A DNA stretch of 62,690 nt, filler included, from Nitrospinae bacterium RIFCSPLOWO2_12_FULL_45_22 (GCA_001803565.1; 5 parts of 5 records of this genome joined end to end with filler, not necessarily neighbours in it), one strand, 5' to 3'; shown: positions 19,211 to 29,238, counted from the first letter of the whole stretch. Made by a program: numbers and translations. Notes: generated from the sequence alone by a model not told the origin.

Positions 19211-19648
19211 TTATTGGGTTTTGATCTGCCTTAAAAATTCTTCTACGGCCAGGTTAGTATTATCAATAATCCTTTCTATGTCTGTCTGGTTAGCCTGGTG
19301 GATATGCACGCCAGCGATAACCACAATAATAGAATTCAGCTCCCGCACTAAACGGTCTGCTATAGGCCGGGCTAACTCATCGTCTTTATGACCCAGGATG
19401 CTGATTACCGATACATTAGCTGTTACCCGCGAAGGGTCTTGGGTACTGGGTCTAGGAAGCCCCACGGCTACACCGCCTATATGCGGCTCATCGCCCCCAG
19501 TGATATGGACAATGATACCATTGGTCAGGGCAAAGGCCCTTAAGCTAACACGGCAAGAGCCATTACCCTCATCAATCTGGTAAATGCCCTCAGATCTAAT
19601 ATTATTTATTACTTCCTGTGAATTAAGATCTATCTCTGTTCCGAGCAT
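19211..19648 (-). CDS. lpdD: LpdD-like prenylated-flavin chaperone (PAC-fold)
   Basis: GGDEPHIGGVAVGLPR, GHKDDELA, VVIAGVHI motifs; in an operon with ubiX. Confidence 0.7.
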   Translation of the reverse strand: MLGTEIDLNSQEVINNIRSEGIYQIDEGNGSCRVSLRAFALTNGIIVHITGGDEPHIGGVAVGLPRPSTQDPSRVTANVSVISILGHKDDELARPIADRLVRELNSIIVVIAGVHIHQANQTDIERIIDNTNLAVEEFLRQIKTQ

Positions 19649-19815
19649 TTTTTATAAATCAGATAAGAGTGCCTCTTTAGTTAGTAAGAAGCCCCTTGGC
19701 AGTTTTGACCCATTAGCCCCGAATATATCACAGAATTCTTCCCCTGACAACGCAATATTTCATTGGAGTTTCTCCAAAAATTATTAAAGCTAGTATCATC
19801 CTTTTCAAACCTTTC

Positions 19816-19946
19816 AACGCAGAGACCGCAGAGAACACAAAGATACGTACATCGTAAGGAGTGAGAAGTGAGGTGTAAGGGGGTGAGGAGTTATCGCTTT
19901 ACGCCTTACTACTAATGCCTTACGGCTTTTTGCGTACTCTGCGGTT
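19816..19946. repeat. Nested palindromic element (ACCGCAGAG 9-mer arms enclosing CGTAAGG heptamer hairpin)
   Basis: Outer ACCGCAGAG...CTCTGCGGT; inner CGTAAGG...CCTTACG (19853-19924). Confidence 0.75.
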
Positions 19947-20173
19947 CATTTCCACTTCTCCATTTCCCAAAACCCTCTATAGACCTGCAATTATCTCCTC
20001 TAGGGACAAAATTTTGGGTATAATCGTACGATTGACCTGCCAAGTAGGGACAGGTTATAATTACTGAAATATTTGTTTTGGCTACAAAGAAATTATAAGA
20101 GGGGAGGTAAAATATTAGGGGCCTCTCGACGACCCTAATCGGGTTCATCTATGTACGAGGAAAGGAGGAAACC

Positions 20174-21877
20174 ATGCTACACAGGGACAAGCAGAAGGGA
20201 GGGGCTAAGAACACGATAGGCCGGAAAGAGAAGAATAATGCTGGCCGCCAAAACTTGAGGTTCTTAGGAGGGCTATTAGGCCTGATCGGGGCATTCTTGC
20301 TTCTCTGGACAGGGATAGTACCAGCGCAGGGGATACCGGAAAACGGGATCCTGTATTACTCGGTGACGGACAATACGGTCCGCGGCATCGATGTGGTAAC
20401 TCAGGCGGAGGTCGCGTCGCTCCCGACGACAGCCTTCGTTGGAGCAGTGGTGGGCGGTGCCCGGGAGATTGCGTTCGATCCCGTAACGCGTCTGATATGG
20501 TACTCTGCAACCGACAACACCATCCGTTCCCTGAATAGAGATACGCTTGCAGAGGGCCCCCAAATCAGCGGGATCCCTGGTGCTGTCATTGGCGCAGCCC
20601 GCCATGTTTTTATTGACTACGCGCGTCGCAGGCTGTTGGTACCTATCACTGACGGTTCTGTCCAGATATATAACCTCTCAAACCAGCAGCCATCGGGCCA
20701 GATCCCTATCAGTTTTTTCACAGACGGGAATGTGGGCGGATATCGGCACTTTGTTTCTGACGTCCGGACGGGGAACCTTTGGTACGCAGCGACCGATGGA
20801 TCTTTCCGAGAGATGGACCCCGACACAATGACGCTTACAGGGAAAGTGATTTCCTTCGGTGTCCAGATTGGCGCCAATCCCGGTGCCTACCGCCACTTCG
20901 TTGTGGACCCTGCACGATACTTACTTCTCTATGCTGTCACAGACGGGAGTATTGCCTCGATCAATCTCACAACGCTCCAGGCTGCCCAGTTCAACATCTC
21001 GGCCGCTGCCTTCGTTGGTGCCAACCCTGGTGCGGGGCGGGTAATCACCTACGAGCCTTCCCTCCGCGGATTGACAGTGATCCTGGACGACGGTGGTGAG
21101 AATTTCGGCCCAGGCGATCGTCTTAAACTCTCGGTCGGGGTCGCCAATCCCGATAGCTCGGTGACTGTGGATGCGTATCTGGTACTCATTTTCCCAGATG
21201 GGAGCCGCGTGTTCTTCGAACGCGGGGAAGGTGGCAGTTTGATCCCCGCGGCAGCCACGGCCGATCCTACTACTTGGAAAAAGCTTCTTTCAAGGGTTAC
21301 ACTTACTACGGGGCTGGATACCGGTTCAGTTCCTATACTGGATTATACCTTTACAGGCAGCGAGCCGACTGGTACTTATCAGTGGATGCTGGCATTTATG
21401 AATGCCGGGACGTTGGATGTGCTCACTTACAAGAGTGAGCCTTTCCTGGTAGGTACCTATGCGCTGTCCAAGTTCGTGGGGAAATGGGTGGGGAGCTGGA
21501 CCAACCAGACATTTGGCTCGACCGGATCGGCGGTCTTTGAGGTTGCTGATAGCTCTCCTGGTGTCGTGACGATCACGATTGATTTAGGCGGAAATGTCTT
21601 TGGTGGTGTAGATCCACCGGCCTTTACGGTGACAGCTAAGCTGAATTCAGATGGAAGCATCACATTAGGCGGGGGGTCGTCGGATTTCGGCACGCTAAAG
21701 GCCACGGCTAAGGTCGACGGGACGCTCAATGGCACCATTGACTCAATCCCCTCGACGGGCATTAAGTCAGCGGACTTCTCCGGGAGGCTTTCGGACGGCT
21801 TACTCAATTTGAATTACACTGTGAACTTCACCGACACGACAAAGGCTGTGGGGATTCTGAAGGCGACACGCCAGTAA
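20174..21877 (+). CDS. Secreted repeat protein (putative beta-propeller plus beta-sandwich domains)
   Basis: AGGAGG RBS; signal peptide; five ~45-aa repeats (YxxTDG/NS ... GA.xG..R....D). Confidence 0.75.
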   Translation: MLHRDKQKGGAKNTIGRKEKNNAGRQNLRFLGGLLGLIGAFLLLWTGIVPAQGIPENGILYYSVTDNTVRGIDVVTQAEVASLPTTAFVGAVVGGAREIAFDPVTRLIWYSATDNTIRSLNRDTLAEGPQISGIPGAVIGAARHVFIDYARRRLLVPITDGSVQIYNLSNQQPSGQIPISFFTDGNVGGYRHFVSDVRTGNLWYAATDGSFREMDPDTMTLTGKVISFGVQIGANPGAYRHFVVDPARYLLLYAVTDGSIASINLTTLQAAQFNISAAAFVGANPGAGRVITYEPSLRGLTVILDDGGENFGPGDRLKLSVGVANPDSSVTVDAYLVLIFPDGSRVFFERGEGGSLIPAAATADPTTWKKLLSRVTLTTGLDTGSVPILDYTFTGSEPTGTYQWMLAFMNAGTLDVLTYKSEPFLVGTYALSKFVGKWVGSWTNQTFGSTGSAVFEVADSSPGVVTITIDLGGNVFGGVDPPAFTVTAKLNSDGSITLGGGSSDFGTLKATAKVDGTLNGTIDSIPSTGIKSADFSGRLSDGLLNLNYTVNFTDTTKAVGILKATRQ

Positions 21878-21956
21878 CCTCAATCGGGCTGGTCCCTCGT
21901 CATCTCACCTCGGTGACCTGGTTCGGAGCCTTTCCAAAGTGAGGTCAGGGGAATGG
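21862..21956 (+). repeat. Imperfect direct repeat, copy A
   Basis: GGCGACACG..AGTAACCTC....GGG.TG.TCCCTCGTCATCT...CTTTCC.AAGT.AGGTCAGGGGAATGG, shared with 29053-29146. Confidence 0.8.
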
Positions 21957-22009
21957 CAGTCTGGGAAGAGCCACACCCACGTCAATAAAAATTAATACCA
22001 ATTCTGTTA

Positions 22010-22678
22010 TTAGCCGTGGGATTCATATTCTTGCTGAATCTCTTCTTCTTTGGGTATTATTTTTAGCTCTACCCGGCGGTTCATTTGCTGGCCTTCCGGG
22101 GTATCATTACTAGCTACGGGTATGGTTTCTCCATACCCTCTAGCCTTGATCCGGGTGGAGTTAATCCCTTCGGCTACCAAAAAGGTCTTTACGGATTCGG
22201 CCCGCCTCTCTGACAACCTCTGGTTATGCTCTGCCCTACCCTGGCTGTCCGTATGACCGGCTACTTCCAGGTAGGAATGGGGATATCTTTGTAAGACATC
22301 GGCTACTTCTCTCAATTTACTCTGGCTGCCAGGCTTCAGCTCAGTAGAGTTAACATCGAATAGGAGCTCACCGGGCATGTTAATTACTAGGGTATTTTCT
22401 TTGCGTTGCGTAGCAAGACCCGCTATGCGCTGCATCTCTTTCTCTTGTTGATCCAGATACCAACCGATCAATCCTCCAGCAACTGCCCCAGCCGCTGCCC
22501 CAATGATAGCACCACGGGTCTGTCTTTTAGCACCGGCTGCTCCTATAGCCGCTCCCGTAGCTGCTCCTACAACGGCACCGGTTTCCCGTTTACCCCACTT
22601 CCATTCTGAGCAACCAGTGAAGGCAAAAGAGCTAATAAGCACCCAGGTAAATCCCTTGTATATAATGGATCTTTGCAT
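22010..22678 (-). CDS. OmpA-family lipoprotein with glycine zipper (YiaD-like)
   Basis: FTGC lipobox; GAxxGA zipper; GHTDSQG...NQRLSERRA...NRRVE. Confidence 0.92.
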   Translation of the reverse strand: MQRSIIYKGFTWVLISSFAFTGCSEWKWGKRETGAVVGAATGAAIGAAGAKRQTRGAIIGAAAGAVAGGLIGWYLDQQEKEMQRIAGLATQRKENTLVINMPGELLFDVNSTELKPGSQSKLREVADVLQRYPHSYLEVAGHTDSQGRAEHNQRLSERRAESVKTFLVAEGINSTRIKARGYGETIPVASNDTPEGQQMNRRVELKIIPKEEEIQQEYESHG

Positions 22679-22795
22679 AAATCTGACTCCCTCCTTTCTA
22701 ACTAACTATCATAAATTAGTTTGGGTGGATCATTGGATAACTCTTCTTATCCTAAGTCTGCTTATCCCCTAACAGGGTCCTCGAAAGGACCAACT

Positions 22796-23392
22796 CTATT
22801 GCAAATTTGTCTCTACTAGGAGGATTTCGGCTTGTCTATTTATGGATCTTCCCTCATAGGTTTCATTAGGGCTCTTCGGTAGGAATTCGCCAAGACTCTC
22901 TACGTAGACCCTATAAGGCAAAATTTCTGGTTTACCAAGCAGGTATGCCGCTACCATTTGAGCCCTTCTCTGCCCCAGTTCTAAATTGTATGCCTCTGGT
23001 CCCACATTATCCGTATGGCCCACTACGAATACCGCCAGATTCTCCTTAGCAATTAGCTCTTGGGCAATTTGATCCAGGGTATCCTTGGCCTGTTCCGGTA
23101 ATTGCCATTTATCGAAACCAAACATAATGGAGTGGGTTGCAAGCAATTTCTTGACAATACCTTTTTTGTCTAAGCGGGCAAGCTCTTCCCTAATATGGGT
23201 GTCCTCCGCCTTCAATTCCTCAACCTGGGAAGAGAGGTCAGTAATTTTGGTTTCTAAGGGCCGTACCTTTTGTTCCACAAAGCCTTTAGTGGCACAGCCT
23301 TGAGCACCTATCAAAAGGAAGCTCACTAAAGCTAATGAAAAAAACAACGATAAAACCTTTATCTGCTTCATGATTTTCTTCACCTCCGTCAT
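22796..23392 (-). CDS. OmpA-family lipoprotein
   Basis: QGCATK lipobox; coiled coil; FGFDK, GHTDNVG...YNLELGQRRA. Confidence 0.9.
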   Translation of the reverse strand: MTEVKKIMKQIKVLSLFFSLALVSFLLIGAQGCATKGFVEQKVRPLETKITDLSSQVEELKAEDTHIREELARLDKKGIVKKLLATHSIMFGFDKWQLPEQAKDTLDQIAQELIAKENLAVFVVGHTDNVGPEAYNLELGQRRAQMVAAYLLGKPEILPYRVYVESLGEFLPKSPNETYEGRSINRQAEILLVETNLQ

Positions 23393-23423
23393 GAGTTTTT
23401 ATTCCTCAGATCTACAGTAATGG

Positions 23424-24026
23424 TCAGTCCTTTTTTCTCCTTAGTTCGATGATAATTTGATCAAAGCCCTTTCCAGCGCTACGCCATTGAATAACTCTGA
23501 AGGGCTCTAAGCCAAAGTAGTCAGAAACTACCCGCAAGAGTACCAAGTTAATTATATCTTCATTGCTTAAGGTTATATACCGAGCTTTTGGTACCCTTTT
23601 CCTATAATATCCATAGGCATTACCAAACGGGGGGCCAACCCTTGCCTGACGGGGTATAGGGACATAGTAGATATCGGGACTTAGTCCTAACCGGAGACTA
23701 ATATCGAGCCAATTAGCGCCTCCTAATCTCCAATTCAACAAAATATCAGGGTTGGTTTTTGTGCGTTGGGAAATAAATAGCACAACCGGAATTTCTTCAT
23801 AGATAATTCGTTCAGCTAAGGTTTCTATCAGGGAAGGCTTCACCCGGAAATAATCGATATAGACCTCAGTGAGGCAGAAATGGGGGTTCTTATGTTGTTT
23901 AAATTTTTTTCTTGCCTTTGCTTCGCTAGCTGGGGGGTAAATCAATATCACCAAAGATATTGCCAGCAGCAATCCCGTCACCGTCAATACTTTTGACAAC
24001 CTTCTTCGTTCATTGATGCCTAGCAT
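23424..24026 (-). CDS. Exported hypothetical protein
   Basis: Signal peptide; GPPFGNAYGYY motif; same strand as its neighbours. Confidence 0.7.
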   Translation of the reverse strand: MLGINERRRLSKVLTVTGLLLAISLVILIYPPASEAKARKKFKQHKNPHFCLTEVYIDYFRVKPSLIETLAERIIYEEIPVVLFISQRTKTNPDILLNWRLGGANWLDISLRLGLSPDIYYVPIPRQARVGPPFGNAYGYYRKRVPKARYITLSNEDIINLVLLRVVSDYFGLEPFRVIQWRSAGKGFDQIIIELRRKKD

Positions 24027-24102
24027 GGTACGAATACTCCTTGTTTGCTATCAACGGGTGGGGTATCATCACTTCGGAGACTACCCCACCCGTAGAAAAC
24101 CA

Positions 24103-24603
24103 CTATCTTTCGGTTAATATATCTAACACCGATTTTACCAGGGTCTGATGGGGACCCAGGTCAAAATGGGCACTGGTCAAAAGATTACCCCTCGTATCAT
24201 AAAAATCAGCATCGATAGAGATGTTATTTCCTGAGGTATTGGTCAGGAAAAGGAAACTGTCTAAGTGTCGGTTAAAGATGGCACGGGTCTTATCTTTATC
24301 TAGGCTGGGTCGCTCTCGATCGTCCCCCTTGTCTCCCTCTTCTTCAGCTATTGCAGCATATATAGCACTGAAGATAAAAGGAGGTTCACCTGACAAAGAA
24401 GGGATCTGATAATTGATAATCTTCTCCATACCAGGGTTCATGGTAGTGACCATACCAATAAGCTGGTCACTAGTGGAGCGGAAATTTACAGAACCCATAA
24501 AGGTTTTTTTGCCATTGGCCAGAACAGGGGTCGAACCCACAAGGGTCAAGGCCAAAGCCACAAATACTACCTTCTTGATTAACCCCTTTTTAAATTGCCT
24601 CAT
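24103..24603 (-). CDS. Exported hypothetical protein
   Basis: Signal peptide ending VLA; beta-rich C-terminus. Confidence 0.65.
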   Translation of the reverse strand: MRQFKKGLIKKVVFVALALTLVGSTPVLANGKKTFMGSVNFRSTSDQLIGMVTTMNPGMEKIINYQIPSLSGEPPFIFSAIYAAIAEEEGDKGDDRERPSLDKDKTRAIFNRHLDSFLFLTNTSGNNISIDADFYDTRGNLLTSAHFDLGPHQTLVKSVLDILTER

Positions 24604-24674
24604 GATGGACCCTCTTTTCTTTTATTTAGGATAATGTTGCCTCCCATGATTTGTTATGGGAGCAAAACCACGGT

Positions 24675-25256
24675 TCACAGATCTTTGTAACCTGAAGTTT
24701 TAACCTGACTCAACCTAGCCCGGGTAATGGGACCTGCTATACCATCCACAGTGAGGTCCTGATTCCTTTGGAAGTTCATTATCGCCCGGCGCGTCCGGGC
24801 TCCCATAATGCCATCTATGGGGCCGCAATCATAACCCATGCTCCCAAGGGACTTTTGCAATTCTGCTACTGCTGGATCATACCGGGCATAGGATCTGCTG
24901 GAGTAGTTAGCCGAAGGAGAGGATGAAGAATACCTTCTTGGTGTTCCCCGGTCTTCTACTGCACTGCCAATAAGCCCGCCGGCTGCACCTCCTAACCCAC
25001 TCCCGATCAGGAGACCAGTAGCGGTTTCCCCTACTGCACTGCCGATTAGTCCACCGGCTAGGCCACCAGTAGCTACCCCAGCACCGATGCCTAAGGCGGT
25101 CTTGGGGTTATCTTGCACCCACCTCTGCATCCCTGTACATCCAGAAAGCAGGGTCATAAGCAACCCAGCCACTAGGGTTATGACTAATCCGGCTACAAAA
25201 ATAAAGGAGAGAGCAGTCATTAGGTCTTTCCGCGCATAATTAATCATCTTTCTCAC
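24675..25256 (-). CDS. Glycine-zipper lipoprotein with peptidoglycan-binding domain
   Basis: LSGC lipobox; glycine zipper; LQ..L..GYD.GPIDG.MG..T..AI..FQ....L.VDGIAGP.T. Confidence 0.88.
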   Translation of the reverse strand: MRKMINYARKDLMTALSFIFVAGLVITLVAGLLMTLLSGCTGMQRWVQDNPKTALGIGAGVATGGLAGGLIGSAVGETATGLLIGSGLGGAAGGLIGSAVEDRGTPRRYSSSSPSANYSSRSYARYDPAVAELQKSLGSMGYDCGPIDGIMGARTRRAIMNFQRNQDLTVDGIAGPITRARLSQVKTSGYKDL

Positions 25257-25296
25257 CTCCTCTCGTTTCTTTGTTAAATATCTATTTCTTTAGTAT

Positions 25297-25313
25297 AGCA
25301 AAAAGTATACCAA
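25297..25313 (-). promoter_or_regulatory. sigma54 (-24/-12) promoter
   Basis: Minus strand TTGGTATACTTTTTGCT = GG-N10-GC, about 40 nt upstream of the lipoprotein gene. Confidence 0.7.
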
Positions 25314-25425
25314 GCAATAAATGGGTAGATATCACTTACCATAAGAACCCCATCCTTACTGCTTAGTTTTATTATTATGGGTTGCGATAAATGGTTCTGC
25401 GGGGGAAAATAAAAAAGGGGATATA

Positions 25426-25507
25426 TGTAGGATTATATATACACTTTTTATGATGTAGCTGAATACCTCAAATTTTTGTATGGGTATGCTATAGGATAAT
25501 ACCTACA
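25426..25507. promoter_or_regulatory. Three candidate enhancer (UAS) sites, TGTA-N10-TACA
   Basis: TGTAGGATTATATATACA (25426), TGTAGCTGAATACCTCAA (25454), TATAGGATAATACCTACA (25490). Confidence 0.6.
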
Positions 25508-25557
25508 TTTTATCCCACAGAATTGGTAGAGATGGATTTTGGGTAGGGGGGTTACTC

Positions 25558-26928
25558 TTACGGTTTTCTATAGTCCTTGATCCTCAACTCATATTTTCTT
25601 ATCAGGTGATAGAGGTCTGCCCGGAATATCCCTAGCAGTTGAGCAGCTTTGCTCATATTACCTGTAGTGATGGCCAACGCTTGCTTCAAATAACCTTTCT
25701 CGAAATCTTTTTTTGCCTCTTTAAGGATTTGGAAATCCATTGGTTGGGAGATAGTCTTTGATCCCAGGGCAAGAAAACAATCATTAGTAATAATATCATG
25801 GGTGGTCATGGCTAACGCATATTCTATTGCGTTTTCTAACTCCCGGATATTCCCCGGCCAGTCATATAGCATAAGTCTTTGCATAACTTCGGGCAATATC
25901 CCCTTAACTTCTTTTCCTAGTTTCTGGCTATATTTCTTTAGGAAGTGGGCCGTCAACAAGGGGATATCCTCTCTCCTTTCTCGCAAAGGTGGTATATGGA
26001 GGGGTATGACATGAATGCGATAATAGAGGTCTTCCCTAAAGGTTTTATTAGCTACCTCTTTTTCTAAATCTTTGTTAGTGGCTACTATAATTCGTATATC
26101 TACTTTTATAGGCTTTGCTCCACCTACTGGGTAGAAGTCCTTTTCTTGTAGTACCCGCAATAGTTTACCTTGCAAAGGTAATGGCATTTCGCCAATCTCA
26201 TCCAAAAATAAGGTGCCTCCATCGGCTTGGGCGAATAGGCCTTTAGTGGTCTCGTGGGCGCCGGTATAGGCCCCTTTTACATGGCCAAACAATTCATTTT
26301 CCAGGAGGTTCTCTGGTATGGCCGCACAATTGATGACCACAAAGGGTTTATCATCCCGCTTGCTGCTTGCATGGATAGCGCGGGCTACGAGTTCTTTACC
26401 AGTACCACTCTCTCCAGAGATATAGACTGTAGAATCGGTTTGGGCAATACGCCGAATTGGTTGTAAAACCTGCTGGATAGCCGGGCTATTGCCTATAATT
26501 TCCTGAAATTCGCTTTTTTCTTTAACCAGATGCTCTAACCGCTTGATTTCATGGGTAAGCCTGTGCTTCTCTAAGGCTTTGCTGACATGCAGGATTAATT
26601 CCCTAGGGTTATAGGGTTTGGTTAAATAACTATAGGCCCCTTTCTGCATGGCTTCTACAGCATTCTCGATGGTTCCGTAAGCAGTTAGGATTATTATGGG
26701 GAGGTCAGGATCAAACTGATGTAGTTCTTCCATCAACTCTAGCCCGTCTTTAGTGAGCAATCGCAGGTCAGTAATTGCCAGATCGAAGGTGATGTTTTGG
26801 GCCATCTTTAGGGCCTCTTCTGCCATAGAAGCAGTATGAGTTTCATACCCTTCGGTATCGAGTCTCTTTTTTATGGTCTTCAAGATATTTTTATCATCAT
26901 CTATCACTAAAATCCTATGTTGCTTCAT
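25558..26928 (-). CDS. sigma54-dependent response regulator (NtrC/GlrR-like)
   Basis: REC domain (ILVIDDD...DL..TAYG...KP), [22 protein letters not shown]-terminal HTH; probable start ATG 26928. Confidence 0.95.
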   Translation of the reverse strand: MKQHRILVIDDDKNILKTIKKRLDTEGYETHTASMAEEALKMAQNITFDLAITDLRLLTKDGLELMEELHQFDPDLPIIILTAYGTIENAVEAMQKGAYSYLTKPYNPRELILHVSKALEKHRLTHEIKRLEHLVKEKSEFQEIIGNSPAIQQVLQPIRRIAQTDSTVYISGESGTGKELVARAIHASSKRDDKPFVVINCAAIPENLLENELFGHVKGAYTGAHETTKGLFAQADGGTLFLDEIGEMPLPLQGKLLRVLQEKDFYPVGGAKPIKVDIRIIVATNKDLEKEVANKTFREDLYYRIHVIPLHIPPLRERREDIPLLTAHFLKKYSQKLGKEVKGILPEVMQRLMLYDWPGNIRELENAIEYALAMTTHDIITNDCFLALGSKTISQPMDFQILKEAKKDFEKGYLKQALAITTGNMSKAAQLLGIFRADLYHLIRKYELRIKDYRKP

Positions 26929-26944
26929 CGGACTACCCCCTGGC

Positions 26945-27487
26945 CTATTTTTTCCAAACCCGTTCCTTTTCTTCCAACTCAATATCTATCTGCTTATATT
27001 GTTCTATCTTCTTTTCTATCCTATTAATCAGTCTATCTCTCTCCTGGATAATCTTCTTTAGTCGGTATACCTGGCTCTCAAAATTATAGATAGTTTTTCT
27101 TAACCTATCCAGTTCTATCTCTTGTGCCTGGAGTATCACCAAGATAGCCAGCCAGTTTTTACTCTCTTGGGCTAAAGGGCTCTTAGAGTTGTTATTATAA
27201 ATCATTCCAAAATATTCCAGGGCCTTAGTGTAATTTTTAGCAGGATTTTCTGGGTTGGTATAGATAAGGCCCAGATTATATAAGGCTTTTTCTGCCTCAG
27301 GGCTTTGGGGAAATCTTTCTATTATATTTAAGTTTTCTTGTACTGCTAAACTAAATTGTTTTTGTTGGTATAGTTGGTTTGCATACAAAAGCTGACGTTT
27401 AGCCTCCATAGAAATTGTCATGGTTCTTATTCCGCTACAGGAAGCTAGCAGAGCCAGAATAGTGAGATAAAATATAATCAGTCTCAT
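26945..27487 (-). CDS. TPR/coiled-coil lipoprotein between kinase and regulator (QseG-like position)
   Basis: LASC lipobox; TPR segment (ALYNLGLIY); C-terminal coiled coil. Confidence 0.75.
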   Translation of the reverse strand: MRLIIFYLTILALLASCSGIRTMTISMEAKRQLLYANQLYQQKQFSLAVQENLNIIERFPQSPEAEKALYNLGLIYTNPENPAKNYTKALEYFGMIYNNNSKSPLAQESKNWLAILVILQAQEIELDRLRKTIYNFESQVYRLKKIIQERDRLINRIEKKIEQYKQIDIELEEKERVWKK

Positions 27488-28992
27488 CTTAGTGGTAAGA
27501 AGAAGGTAAAAATGCTACCTTTATCAAGCTCGCTTTCTACCCAAATTCTCCCTACATGATCCTCTACTATACGCTGGGCAATAGCTAACCCCAGTCCGCT
27601 TCCCGGGTAAGAAGCAGCCACGCCTCGGCCTATTTGATAAAATTTATCAAAGACCCTTTCCCAATCTTCTTTAGGTATTCCTGGCCCCATATCAGATACA
27701 GAGACCTTTATCCCTTCCTGGTTATCAAAGCCTGTCCCTGGCTTTAGCGGCTGGGAACTGGCAACTGCGCTACCTAAAGCCGTGGATGCGGATATAGTGA
27801 TTTTGCCCTCTGGCGGGGTGAATTTCAAGGCATTGCTAAGGAGATTTGTTATTACCTGTTGTAGTTTCCTGCTATCCGCTATAACCAGCGGAAGGACTTC
27901 TTGAATAGCGATATCCAGTTGAATATCCTTTTTTTGTGCTACGGGTCTTAGACCTTGGGCAATATGGTTTATGATCTGAGTTAAATCACAGCTTTGCCAG
28001 CTATAGCTCATCATACCTGCTTCCATCTTGGAAAGGTCTAATAGATTATTAATATACTGATCTAACTTTTCTCCTTCTTCTAAAATGACCTCTAGGAACT
28101 CTTTCTGTTCCGAACTGATTTCTCCTATTGCACCTTCTCTGAGTAAATGGCTAGCTTCTTTTATAGAGGTAAGGGGGGTACGTAATTCATGAGAAATATT
28201 GGAGATAAAATCCTTTTTTAGATTATCTAGTTCTTGCAGGCGATTACACATAAAAGTAAATGCCTTCGCTAGTCTCTCTATTTCGGGCGGGGAAGAGATA
28301 TCCACCTTCTGATTAAAGTCACCTTGGGCAATAGATTTAGTGGCTTGCTCCAAAGTCTTTAAAGGCTTATTAATGCCTCGGGTGATAAGGATAGATATGG
28401 TTATACTTATTAAGAGCGATAAAATGGCAATAGAGCCAATCAGCTTGCCGGCTTGGTTGCTGGCCTCTTCTGAATGCCCTATCTTGGCACTTATACTTAG
28501 CTTGTTTAAGTTTATCAATTCATCCAGAGTCTGGTTTATTACGGTTATGACCTTTTCCTTATTCTGCTGATAAAGAAAAAGGGGATACTTCTTTTTTGAT
28601 CGGACAAGAACCACTTCTGCTTTAACCATATCGAGATATTCTAGATAACGTTTATGGGCCTTTTCTACCAAGGCTTTTGCATTAGGGGTTTCTGCTAGCT
28701 GCAAGAGCTTATTAAAGTGGGCCAGGTTCTCCTCCTCTTTAGCGTTAAAACTCTGATAAAATTTAAGGTCTTCCAAAATCAAGTACTTCCTTTCAAAGCC
28801 TACTTGGGATAAGATGGAATCGATCAGTTTCTTTTCCAGGTCTGATGAAGGGTAATCATAGGTTATGATAGATTTAGTGAGATTCTTTAGCTGATTAAAC
28901 TTTAGCAGGGCTAATGAACTGATAAGAGCCAATAGAATAATTATGCAGGCATAACCAATATTTATCCTCCAAAAGATCCTCAAATTCCTCAT
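27484..28992 (-). CDS. Membrane sensor histidine kinase (HAMP-HisKA-HATPase)
   Basis: Two TMs, HAMP, SHELRTPL, NLLSNALKF, DMGPGI, GSGLGL. Confidence 0.95.
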   Translation of the reverse strand: MRNLRIFWRINIGYACIIILLALISSLALLKFNQLKNLTKSIITYDYPSSDLEKKLIDSILSQVGFERKYLILEDLKFYQSFNAKEEENLAHFNKLLQLAETPNAKALVEKAHKRYLEYLDMVKAEVVLVRSKKKYPLFLYQQNKEKVITVINQTLDELINLNKLSISAKIGHSEEASNQAGKLIGSIAILSLLISITISILITRGINKPLKTLEQATKSIAQGDFNQKVDISSPPEIERLAKAFTFMCNRLQELDNLKKDFISNISHELRTPLTSIKEASHLLREGAIGEISSEQKEFLEVILEEGEKLDQYINNLLDLSKMEAGMMSYSWQSCDLTQIINHIAQGLRPVAQKKDIQLDIAIQEVLPLVIADSRKLQQVITNLLSNALKFTPPEGKITISASTALGSAVASSQPLKPGTGFDNQEGIKVSVSDMGPGIPKEDWERVFDKFYQIGRGVAASYPGSGLGLAIAQRIVEDHVGRIWVESELDKGSIFTFFLPLR

Positions 28993-29052
28993 AAGTCCTA
29001 TAACAAAGCCAAATTTTTATAAAACTTTCTAACTCTTATTTTATCACAAAAG

Positions 29053-29146
29053 GGCGACACGTTAGTAACCTCGCTTGGGATGATCCCTCGTCATCTAACA
29101 TCGGTCCTCCGCTCAAAATCTTTCCCAAGTAAGGTCAGGGGAATGG
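29053..29146 (+). repeat. Imperfect direct repeat, copy B
   Basis: Aligns with 21862-21956. Confidence 0.8.
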
Positions 29147-29238
29147 AGTCACGTCTTATCTTGGTTTTATATTCCTTGGGGAGTATGGCTCGGCCACTGC
29201 GAGGGGTGAAGGGTCTGAAGAAAACCTAAAAACTCTCC

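Noticed and set aside
11534-19648. One continuous operon from the prFMN genes into the UbiD cluster
   Set aside because: A spacer separates them and both flanking genes are truncated; the functional link is plausible but physical linkage is not shown
21862-21956. Direct repeat as an attC site
   Set aside because: No RYYYAAC/GTTRRRY pair or internal palindrome
24054-24093. Intrinsic terminator (12-bp perfect stem)
   Set aside because: No U-tract follows on the coding (minus) strand; more likely a stabilising hairpin or repeat
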